Both the position numbers and the translations under genes were made by a program. This document shows positions 33,518 to 41,169 of a stretch of 64,000 nucleotides of DNA, piece by piece; position 1 is the first letter of the stretch, and every line of letters starts with the position of its first letter. The notes beneath the pieces were generated by a model. It was not told where the DNA came from. It worked only from the letters and a program-made list of their open reading frames with translations, and searched no databases. This stretch comes from Candidatus Latescibacterota bacterium (GTDB lineage Bacteria; Latescibacterota; UBA2968; UBA8231), in the NCBI GenBank assembly GCA_965208105.1, contig OZ242318.1:271189-335188 (forward strand), written 5' to 3'.

Positions 33518-34632
33518 CAGAAGCTCCCCAGGCGCCGCCCGCGCTGCAGCAGGTAGATGAAGAAGGGGCCGCCGATGACGGCGGTTACGATGCCGATGGG
33601 AAGCTCGGCCGGAGCTACCAGGGTGCGGGCGATGAGATCGGCCCCCAGCAGGAGGCTGGCGCCGAGGAGGGCGGCTCCGGGGAGCAGCAGGCGGTGGTCC
33701 GGACCCAGGGTAAGGCGCAGCAGGTGGGGGACCACCAGGCCGACGAAGCCGATGATTCCGGCAACGGCCACCGCCGCACCCACCGACAGGGCGACGAGGA
33801 CCACCACCGCGCGCTTGAGGCGGTCGACGTTGCAGCCGAGGTGTCCGGCTTCGGCCTCCCCCAGCAGCAGCGCGTTGAGGTGCCGGGCGCAGCGCAGCAG
33901 CCCAAGGGTCGCGAGCCCGATGAGGGGAGCTGCCGCGGCCACGGCCGGCCAGGTCGCCCCGCCCAGACTGCCCATGCTCCAGAAGGTCAGGTTGCGCAGC
34001 TGGGCGTCGTCGGCCACGAAGGTGAATATCCCGGTGACGGCCCCGGCCACGGCGTTGATGGCGATGCCGGCCAGCAGCATGGTGGACACCGACACGCTGC
34101 CGTGCACCAGGGACAGGCGGTAGACCAGCAGGGTGGTGGACGCCCCGCCGCCGAAAGCGGCGATGGACAGGGCGAAGGGCCCCATGGACCGGGTGGCGAA
34201 ATCGAGTGCGGTAGACCCGAGGACAATGGTCGCCACCGCGGCCACGGCGGCGCCGCTGGAGACCCCCACGAGGCCCGGGTCGGCCAGGGGATTGCGGAAG
34301 AGGCCCTGCATGGCGCCCCCGGCCACCGCCAGACCCGCCCCGATCAACACCCCCAGCAGGACCCGCGGCAGGCGAATGCTGAGCAATATGGCCTCGTGGC
34401 GAGGCTCGAATGCCCACGGCAGGTTGAGGTCGAATTTGTGTCCGAGTACCGCCAGTACCTGCCCGGGTGCAATGGAGACGGCACCGGTACCCAGGCATGC
34501 CAGGCTCAGGATCCCCAGCAGGAGCGCCAGCAGGGACAGGCCCAGGGTTCCCTTTTCACGCGCTGATATCCCGGGCAAGGTCAAGCGGCCCACCTGTGGC
34601 CGCAGAGGGCGGGATGCTTCAATCGGGGGCAT
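33517..34632 (-). CDS. hmuU: FecCD-family haem/iron-chelate ABC permease
   Basis: 371 aa. ...LLSIRLPRVLLGVLIGAGLAVAGGAMQGLFRNPLADPGLVGVSSGA... is the typical FecCD/BtuC core. The start may be internal. Confidence 0.9.
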   Translation of the reverse strand: MPPIEASRPLRPQVGRLTLPGISAREKGTLGLSLLALLLGILSLACLGTGAVSIAPGQVLAVLGHKFDLNLPWAFEPRHEAILLSIRLPRVLLGVLIGAGLAVAGGAMQGLFRNPLADPGLVGVSSGAAVAAVATIVLGSTALDFATRSMGPFALSIAAFGGGASTTLLVYRLSLVHGSVSVSTMLLAGIAINAVAGAVTGIFTFVADDAQLRNLTFWSMGSLGGATWPAVAAAAPLIGLATLGLLRCARHLNALLLGEAEAGHLGCNVDRLKRAVVVLVALSVGAAVAVAGIIGFVGLVVPHLLRLTLGPDHRLLLPGAALLGASLLLGADLIARTLVAPAELPIGIVTAVIGGPFFIYLLQRGRRLGSF

Positions 34633-35593
34633 TGCCCTGAGGTTTTCCAGAAACCTGGTGCTGTCCTTCCCGGGCTTCCCCGAGGCTCAACGGGTTCGCA
34701 TCGCTGGAATCCGCGGAGTTCGGAAATCCGTATAGCGCCCTGTTGAGTTTCGCCACGGCCTTGCCCAGTCGGGGGCCGAATCCCAGCAGCAGGAGCCCGT
34801 CCATGGATGCCACCCGGCTCTGCTTCCCCGCAGGGGTCAGGGCCAGCCCGGGCAACCGCCACAGCCCGTGAGCGCCGCCGACGCTCGCCAGGCCGCTGTC
34901 CATGAGCAGGATGACGTCGGGCGCCGCGGCCACCGCCGCTTCCGATGTGAGCGGTTTGTAGCCGCTGTAGCCCCGGACGGCATTGGCGCCGCCGGCCAGG
35001 CCGATCATGGTGTCGGCTCCCGTGTCGCGGCCGGCCACCATCAGGGTGCCCTGGCCGCGAGCGTAGAGAAAGAGGGCCCTGGCTTTGGTCCCGGTGCGGG
35101 GAATGGATGATTCCACCCTGGCCAGGTCTTCCTTGAGATTGCGGACCAGCGCCGCGCCTGTTTTCCGGGCGCCCAGGTGACGCGCGATTCCCTCGATCAT
35201 GTCGACGGCGCCGTCCACCGTGGCCTCGTGGGGCATGACGAGCAATCTCACCCCGGCGCTCTCGATTTGCCGGAGAGCCTCGGGGGGCCCTACCTCGGTG
35301 GTGGCGATGATCAGGGTGGGGCTCAGGGACAGCACGCCTTCCGCAGAGAGGCGGCGGTGGTAGGCGACCTTGGGCAGCCGCTCGGCCGCAGCGGGAAATG
35401 AGCTGGAGGCATCCACTCCCACGACGCGCTCGCCGGCGCCAAGGGCGAAGACGATCTCGGTGATGGTCCCGCCGAGGGTGACGATGCGCTCGCTCCCTCC
35501 GGGACCCTCCTCGGCATGGCCGGCGGTCGGGAGGTTGAGGCTCGTCTGCCCCAGGAAGGTCATCAATGCGAGGAACCGGATAGGCATTTTCAT
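34619..35593 (-). CDS. hmuT: Haem ABC transporter periplasmic substrate-binding protein (cluster A/8 SBP)
   Basis: 324 aa with a signal peptide. RIVTLGGTITEIVFALGAGERVVGVD and PDVILLMD match the ChuT/HmuT pattern. Confidence 0.8.
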   Translation of the reverse strand: MKMPIRFLALMTFLGQTSLNLPTAGHAEEGPGGSERIVTLGGTITEIVFALGAGERVVGVDASSSFPAAAERLPKVAYHRRLSAEGVLSLSPTLIIATTEVGPPEALRQIESAGVRLLVMPHEATVDGAVDMIEGIARHLGARKTGAALVRNLKEDLARVESSIPRTGTKARALFLYARGQGTLMVAGRDTGADTMIGLAGGANAVRGYSGYKPLTSEAAVAAAPDVILLMDSGLASVGGAHGLWRLPGLALTPAGKQSRVASMDGLLLLGFGPRLGKAVAKLNRALYGFPNSADSSDANPLSLGEAREGQHQVSGKPQGNAPD

Positions 35594-36651
35594 GGTTGGC
35601 GAACTCCTTCGAGGGCTGCCAGGGCGGCATTCCAGGCCTCGACCGTGGCCTGGCCCTGCTTGCGCCGGGCGAAGAGCAGGGCGATGGTTTCTCCCTGGAG
35701 GTCGAACAACTCCAGGCTGACCACCGTTCCATGGCGCGTGGGTTTCTGCACAACCCAGGCCGAATCCACCCGGTCCTCCCTGATGTGCAGGTTGAATCCT
35801 CCGTCCAGGACGTTGAGCCAGGGGCCGCTGGCCTTGACCTTGCAGATGGGGCCCGAATGGATCTGGATGACTCCAGGGCTGGAGACGAACACCATGATGG
35901 CCAATCGTTTACGGGATGCCACCTGCAGTACCTGGTTAAGACTGGTGGAGACCACCCTGCGGGCCAGAGAGTCGTCGGCCAGGCGCAGGGCCTGAACCCG
36001 CCCCACCTGGAACCGGGCGAGAAGCCGGTGGAACTCGTGGGTGTCCTCGAGGCCGCGCCAGGCTGCCTGCAGTCCCTGCAGATCGATGGCGCCGTCCTCC
36101 CTGTCTGCAACCAATGGAGGGCGCGGACAGACGCATTGCACCGGCGACTGGTCCGCGGCGGCGAACTCGCCGGTCAGCCCCTCGTATGCCTTGCGGTCGC
36201 TCTCTGCGATCAGGTAGACCTTGTGGACCGCCGTGCCGTGTCGGTCGAAGAATTGAAAGCTTGACAGGGTGGATCGGCGGCCTTCCTGCTCCACCGCAAA
36301 GCCCAGGTGCCAGTGGTCCATGAACAGGCGCAGGTCGATGCCTTCATCCAGTACCAGCCCCATCCGGCCTTGAAAATGCACTTCGCGGAAGCGGCCGTGT
36401 TTTTCGTGCACCGCGTGGTCATTGCGGGTCAGGGCCATGACCGGACCCAGCTCTTCGAGACGCTGGACGAAATGTGGCCAGTCGGCCTCCAGGCGGACCG
36501 CGGTTTCCCCGCAGGAGGATGCCACCAGCTCGGCTTCGCTCACCCCGAGTTGCTCGGCCGCGTCGCGGATGCGCACTCCGGGGTGGTCGCGGCGATAGGA
36601 TTTCCAGAGCTGTTTGAAGTCGCCTCTTCCGGCGGGCGCTGTGGTAGTCAT
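35590..36651 (-). CDS. hemS: Haemin-degrading/transport protein HemS/ChuS/HmuS family
   Basis: Internal ATG 36651 (GGAGAAGAC upstream) of ORF 35590..36756. Two-lobed duplicated fold. RIRDAAEQLGVSEAELVAS...ALTRNDHAVHEK... is typical of ChuS/HemS. Confidence 0.8.
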   Translation of the reverse strand: MTTTAPAGRGDFKQLWKSYRRDHPGVRIRDAAEQLGVSEAELVASSCGETAVRLEADWPHFVQRLEELGPVMALTRNDHAVHEKHGRFREVHFQGRMGLVLDEGIDLRLFMDHWHLGFAVEQEGRRSTLSSFQFFDRHGTAVHKVYLIAESDRKAYEGLTGEFAAADQSPVQCVCPRPPLVADREDGAIDLQGLQAAWRGLEDTHEFHRLLARFQVGRVQALRLADDSLARRVVSTSLNQVLQVASRKRLAIMVFVSSPGVIQIHSGPICKVKASGPWLNVLDGGFNLHIREDRVDSAWVVQKPTRHGTVVSLELFDLQGETIALLFARRKQGQATVEAWNAALAALEGVRQP

Positions 36652-36662
36652 GTCTTCTCCCT

Positions 36663-37076
36663 TCAGTTGAGGTTCCCGTGCATGCCAGACAGGGGACTGG
36701 AATGGGCGAACTGAAAACCTGGAAAGACCTTTACGCTGGGTCCGGGCGCCCGGCACATGGAATCAGGTACCGGGCTCGCCCCTTCCCGTTCCGCCATCTT
36801 TTCGACAGTCTCCGCCGCTTCGGCCATGGCCTCAGCCAGGGGAGCCAGGGCTCCCGCTCCCAGGCACATGACCGTGGTGTGCCAGGCCAGGGACAGGTGG
36901 GAACAGGACCAGATCCCGGCCTTTACCAGGTTCTGAGCCTGCTGAATCTCCCGGTTCAGGTCGCAGAACTCGCTGGGCAGCAGACCGATGTTGACGTTGT
37001 GGCAGATCAAATGGATGCCGCCGTGCTCGCAGCGGTAGATGGTTGCCAGCGGGGGGTTGCTGACGATGGGTTTCAT
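36663..37076 (-). CDS. Hypothetical Cys/His-rich protein inside the haem operon
   Basis: 137-aa ORF that fills the gap exactly between the HmuY-like gene and hemS (11 nt to the hemS start). YRCEHGGIHLICHNVNIGLLPSEFCDL... I recognise no family. Confidence 0.5.
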   Translation of the reverse strand: MKPIVSNPPLATIYRCEHGGIHLICHNVNIGLLPSEFCDLNREIQQAQNLVKAGIWSCSHLSLAWHTTVMCLGAGALAPLAEAMAEAAETVEKMAEREGASPVPDSMCRAPGPSVKVFPGFQFAHSSPLSGMHGNLN

Positions 37077-37096
37077 GAGAACTCTCCTGTGGTTGT

Positions 37097-38230
37097 TCAG
37101 TTGGATTCGCGGAACCTATCCTTGAGCCGACCCCAACTTGAGAACTGCACCGCGGTCGCCTCCGATGCTCCCAGGCCCCGCCAGCGGAAGGTGACGAATC
37201 CGGATACGGGGGAGCCCTCTACCTCCAGGTAGTAGCTGAGGATCTGCATCTTGTAGAAGGCCTCACCGGTGTCGATGATGTAAACGTGGTTTCGGGTCGA
37301 CAGCAGGTGGGTTTCGCTGTCGTAGCTGTACCACTCGCCGCTGTCGCTGCTGAAGGCGGAACCGGCCTTGTCGGCAAAATAGCCGAATCCCATGGCCCTG
37401 GTGATTTCCTCGAAGCTCTGGCCGGCCTGGTAAGCGGGAAAGGCTCCGCCCTGGCCGGGGCCGCTGATGCCGCCGTTCATGCGGATGACGTAGCCGGTGA
37501 AGTGGAGGTCCCAGTCCAGTGAGGTCGCCGGGTCGGAGGGGGACACCGGTTCTCCTGCGACCAGGTTGAAGTAGACCTCCTGGTCGCCGCTGACGTCCAC
37601 GGTTGCGCTGCGGGAATCTCCCTCGAGATTCTCCCCGTCGCCCACCACCCAGCGGAAGGAGATGCGTCCGGCATCGCTGCGTCCGGCATCGCTGCGTCCG
37701 GCCCCTTCCATCCCGTCGACAACGAACTTGGCGAAGCTCCCGTCTGCTGTGCGCAGCTCGTATGCATTGCCCGGCACATCCAGGCTGTGGGTGGCCGGAT
37801 TGTAGGAGTACCATTCGCCGATGGCGTAGGCCGGTCCGTCGGTTATGAAGGCGTCGGAGCCGGGAATGTGGGCATTTGTCACCGCGTCGAAGCCATCTGT
37901 CGCCGCCATGTCCTCGGCGCCGTTGAAGTCGAAGCCCTTGACCTGGCCGGGGCCGCTGATGCCGCCGTTGAGCCTGATCTCGCTGCGCTTGAAGGCGATG
38001 TGCCACTCGCTGGAGGAGGCCGCCTCCGCGTCGGTGATGGGGACCACGTCCCCGCGCTCGAAGCTGAAGTAGGTGAAGTCGTGGGCTTCGGCGGCGAAGG
38101 CCCCTCCGGCGGTGGCGTCGATCACCGTGTGAAAGTCGCCGTTGTCGAGCTGGGTGGTGGACCCGCCCTGGACCGGGGCGCCGAGCCCCGGCAGCAGGAC
38201 GAGCAGGATGATGAAGCTGATTGGATGCAT
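37097..38230 (-). CDS. Tandem HmuY-like haem-binding lipoprotein/hemophore
   Basis: 377 aa with a signal peptide. Two copies of the HmuY hallmark: EWHIAFKRSEIRLNGGISGPGQVKG and DWDLHFTGYVIRMNGGISGPGQGGA, each followed by GEWYSY. A 15-bp tandem repeat at 37664-37702 encodes (AGRSD)2. Confidence 0.7.
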   Translation of the reverse strand: MHPISFIILLVLLPGLGAPVQGGSTTQLDNGDFHTVIDATAGGAFAAEAHDFTYFSFERGDVVPITDAEAASSSEWHIAFKRSEIRLNGGISGPGQVKGFDFNGAEDMAATDGFDAVTNAHIPGSDAFITDGPAYAIGEWYSYNPATHSLDVPGNAYELRTADGSFAKFVVDGMEGAGRSDAGRSDAGRISFRWVVGDGENLEGDSRSATVDVSGDQEVYFNLVAGEPVSPSDPATSLDWDLHFTGYVIRMNGGISGPGQGGAFPAYQAGQSFEEITRAMGFGYFADKAGSAFSSDSGEWYSYDSETHLLSTRNHVYIIDTGEAFYKMQILSYYLEVEGSPVSGFVTFRWRGLGASEATAVQFSSWGRLKDRFRESN

Positions 38231-38262
38231 GGTGCGTTCCTCCTTGAATAGTGGGTGATGGA

Positions 38263-38652
38263 CTAGTGAGCCGAGGCTCCTTCGAGAATCCAGGTCCGCA
38301 CCAGCCCTATCTCCTCCTCAGGCATGGGAAGTGCGAGATAGGGCATGCGGTAGCCCACGATGCGCGGGTCGTTCTCGAGTTTCCACATCAGGTAGCTGAC
38401 ATCCGGTTTGAAAGGCTCCACGATCATCAGGTCCGGCCGCTGGACGCTCCTCCGGGAGACCAGTTGCTGGTGCGAGCTGTCCGCCGTGAGGTTCAGGAAG
38501 CCCGTGCCTTCCGTGGAGCTGCGGTGGCAGCGCACGCAGCGCTTGTCGAGGAGCGTCTGGATGTCTTCGGCATAGGCCACGGTTCGCGGGGTGACCCGCG
38601 CAACCGGATGGCCGTCGTCACAACCGCTTAAACACATCCACAGGATCATCAT
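38263..38652 (-). CDS. Small lipoprotein with a single CxxCH motif (PSCyt1/planctomycete cytochrome-c-like domain)
   Basis: Internal ATGATG 38652 of ORF 38263..38928. Lipobox MCLSGC. IQTLLDKRCVRCHRSS...FLNL...VEPFKPDVSYLMWKL...MP...EEEIGLVRTWILEGA. Confidence 0.65.
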   Translation of the reverse strand: MMILWMCLSGCDDGHPVARVTPRTVAYAEDIQTLLDKRCVRCHRSSTEGTGFLNLTADSSHQQLVSRRSVQRPDLMIVEPFKPDVSYLMWKLENDPRIVGYRMPYLALPMPEEEIGLVRTWILEGASAH

Positions 38653-38669
38653 GGCTGCCCCTTTTCCTT

Positions 38670-41009
38670 TCACAGCTCCACCCGCAGGCCGCCCCTGAGG
38701 ACCCGGCCCCGCGGCGAGCGCAGGTCTCCCTGGCGCTCCGGGTCCCTCCGGTTGTCGAAGAGGTTCTCGAAGCCCAGCCTGAGGGTGAAGGGGCCCGGGA
38801 GAGGCTGCTCCGCATTGAGGTCCCATTCGCTGGCCGCCGGTGAGCGCAGGGTGGCCTCGGCGTCGGCCCACACCGCGCTGTCCCGGCTCAGCTTGATCTC
38901 CAACCGTCCCTTTGAGGGGGTCGTCCATCTCGCCCGGAGGCGCAGCGCGTGGCGCGGCCTCCCAGGCAGATCGATCCGGGCTTCCTGATCCCGTGCCCGC
39001 AGATGGGTGTATCCGCCGTTCAGCGAGAGGCCGTTCCGAATCCGGTAATTCATGCCGAGCTCGAAACCCCGGGTAGAGGCTCGTCCCACGTTGTCGTAGG
39101 CATAGATGGCCACCGAGCCGGAGCTTTGCTCGGGGTCGAACACGGTCTGGATCAGGTTGCGCAAACGGTTGTGGAAGAAATTGAGGCGCAGGCCGAGGTC
39201 CTTGACCGGCTCTAGCTCGCCGCCGAGGTTGATCCCGCGGCTCCGTTCAGGTTTCAGCGAGGGTGTCCCAAGCACCTTGTAGCCCAGGTTGCTGTGGTCG
39301 AATACGAAATGGAGCTCCTTCAGGGAAGGGGCGCGGTAGCCCTCGCCGTAGGATGCCCGCACCTTCAGGCGGGTGGCAATCTGGTGGGAGAAGGAGATCT
39401 TCGGGGTCAAATGAGACCCGAAGCGGGAGTGCCTTTGATAGCGGGCGCCTCCCACGATCCCGGTTCTTTCGCCCACTTGCCAGTCGTCCTGGACGTAGGC
39501 CTCCCAGACTTCCACCTGCGATGGCGGCACCTCGACCGAGCGCCGTTGCCCTCCCCGGGGAAGGGTGCGTTCGAGAGCCACCTCCAGGTTCTCGCGGCTG
39601 TGCTCCAGCCCCCCGGTGAGCAGGTGCCGGTGCCGCATCGGGCCGGCGGCCCGCAGGTGGTACCTGGTGAGGACGTTGGCGGTTGTCCGCTCCCGCGCTT
39701 CCCGGCTGCCCATCAGCTCCTCCCGGCTGAGCTTGTCGAACCAGGTGCGGTGGACCTGGGCGCTGGCGCTGCTTCCTTCAGCCGACTGCCAGTCCGCCCT
39801 TGTGCCCAGTTCCAACCGCTGCAACTGATCCGGGTAGCGCCAGACGTAGGTCTTGTCGAGCGGGGGAAAGTAGCGGCTGGACACCCCCTCCTCGTCCTCG
39901 GAGAGCCATCGCCCCGAGGCTTGCAGCGACAGCCGGGGCCTTACCTGCCAGCGCAGTTGGCCCTGGGTGAACCGGTTGGTGTAGGCGTCGAGATCGGTGT
40001 CGGGATCCTGCGGGGAACGGTCGAGGGCCTCCCTGGCGGTCCTCGAGGCCATGAGGGAGGCGGAGATGTTGGAGCGGGCAAGGGAGGCGAGGCCTTCGAA
40101 GGAGGTCATTCCCCCGGACCCGGCGCTGAAGCGGAGGTCTCCACCCCGATTCCGCCTGGGTGAGCGAGTGAGGATATGGACCACCCCGCCCATGGCCTCG
40201 CTGCCGTAGAGGGCGGAATGGGGTCCCTTCACCACTTCGACCCGCTCCACCTGGCAGATCGGCAACTGGGCCAGGTCGATAACACCGCCAGGGCCTCCGA
40301 TCACGCGCTCGCCGTCCACGAGGATCAAGATGCGATTGGGACCGATTCCCTGGATCATGACGCCGGAAGGGGACCCCAGGTAGCCATAGAGTGCGGATTG
40401 CACGTTGATACCCGCGACGTCCTCCAGCAGCCCCGCCACGTTCTCCGTCCCCGACAGGTCGATGTCCTCCCGCCGGACCACGGCCACGGGCACGGTCAGC
40501 TTCGCCGCCGACTTGGGCAGGCCGGTGGCAGTGACCAGGGTGGCGGCCTGGTCCAGGGGCAGGACCTGGAGTGAGATGTCAAGCCGAACCCTTTGCCCTT
40601 CAACAAGTTCCACCTTCCGGGTCCAGGGGCGGTAGCCGATTCTTCTGACCACGAACCGGTAGCTGCCCGGAGGAAGCTGCATCTGAAAGCGGCCGCTCGC
40701 GTCGGCAATGGCCGGTGCTTCTCCGCCCTCTGCCGCTATGCTGGCATGGGAAACCGGCCGCCTGGAGTCGGCGTCCAGTATGGTGCCCTCGACCTCGGCG
40801 GCGGCGAGTTCGAGGACCGGCAGGCAGATTCCACCCAGCAGGAGTCCCAGAACCCATCCTAACCGTGCCGGAGGAGGACTACCGCCTGAACCCGGGGGCC
40901 ACGGGAGAACCCTCACCAGGAATTTCCGGCTGCGATCCGGGCGATTTTTTTTCAGGACAGACTTTTTGACTGCGAGGACACCATCCATTATGTTTTCCAA
41001 GGAGGACAA
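38670..41009 (-). CDS. TonB-dependent outer-membrane receptor with N-terminal CarboxypepD_reg domain
   Basis: 779-aa ORF; the start is uncertain (GTG 40916 is also possible). VEGTILDADSRRPVSHASI...GSYRFVVRRIGYRP, plug motifs IEVVKGPHSALYGSEAMGGVVHILT, and a C-terminal beta-barrel ending ...LRGGLRVEL. Confidence 0.85.
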   Translation of the reverse strand: MSSLENIMDGVLAVKKSVLKKNRPDRSRKFLVRVLPWPPGSGGSPPPARLGWVLGLLLGGICLPVLELAAAEVEGTILDADSRRPVSHASIAAEGGEAPAIADASGRFQMQLPPGSYRFVVRRIGYRPWTRKVELVEGQRVRLDISLQVLPLDQAATLVTATGLPKSAAKLTVPVAVVRREDIDLSGTENVAGLLEDVAGINVQSALYGYLGSPSGVMIQGIGPNRILILVDGERVIGGPGGVIDLAQLPICQVERVEVVKGPHSALYGSEAMGGVVHILTRSPRRNRGGDLRFSAGSGGMTSFEGLASLARSNISASLMASRTAREALDRSPQDPDTDLDAYTNRFTQGQLRWQVRPRLSLQASGRWLSEDEEGVSSRYFPPLDKTYVWRYPDQLQRLELGTRADWQSAEGSSASAQVHRTWFDKLSREELMGSREARERTTANVLTRYHLRAAGPMRHRHLLTGGLEHSRENLEVALERTLPRGGQRRSVEVPPSQVEVWEAYVQDDWQVGERTGIVGGARYQRHSRFGSHLTPKISFSHQIATRLKVRASYGEGYRAPSLKELHFVFDHSNLGYKVLGTPSLKPERSRGINLGGELEPVKDLGLRLNFFHNRLRNLIQTVFDPEQSSGSVAIYAYDNVGRASTRGFELGMNYRIRNGLSLNGGYTHLRARDQEARIDLPGRPRHALRLRARWTTPSKGRLEIKLSRDSAVWADAEATLRSPAASEWDLNAEQPLPGPFTLRLGFENLFDNRRDPERQGDLRSPRGRVLRGGLRVEL

Positions 41010-41074
41010 AAAAGCGCGGATATACCCGGCCGGTTCTCTCCGGTTCGGAGCATATCGGTGCCTGGTTCTCGACA

Positions 41075-41122
41075 GGCTATTGGCGGAGTGCTGGCAGGCG
41101 CAGCCAATAGCCTTTTTTATTT
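41075..41122. terminator. Perfect 10-bp-stem hairpin (GGCTATTGGC-18 nt-GCCAATAGCC) followed on the + strand by TTTTTTATTT
   Basis: Read directly. Lies between the stop of the di-haem gene (41170) and the TonB-receptor start. The T-tract is on the + strand, although both neighbours are on the - strand. Confidence 0.5.
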
Positions 41123-41169
41123 CGATTCAGCTCGGTCCAGCTTTTACTGCTATTCTCCTCTGATCTCCA

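Noticed and set aside
32723-34498. 591-aa ORF spanning the ABC ATPase and permease region; likewise 5149..6690(-) and the long N-terminal extensions of ORFs 6554..7603, 35590..36756, 38263..38928 and 3363..3968
   Set aside because: The upstream portions are out-of-frame read-throughs over neighbouring genes. Internal starts with an RBS, or a 4-nt overlap with the neighbouring gene, give proteins of canonical length.
40999-41163. AAGGAGGA on the + strand near 41000 followed by an open frame to 41163, as a possible small + strand gene ending at the hairpin
   Set aside because: No start codon lies at a suitable distance from the RBS-like motif. The listed ORF 40708..41163 begins inside the TonB-receptor gene and is low-complexity.
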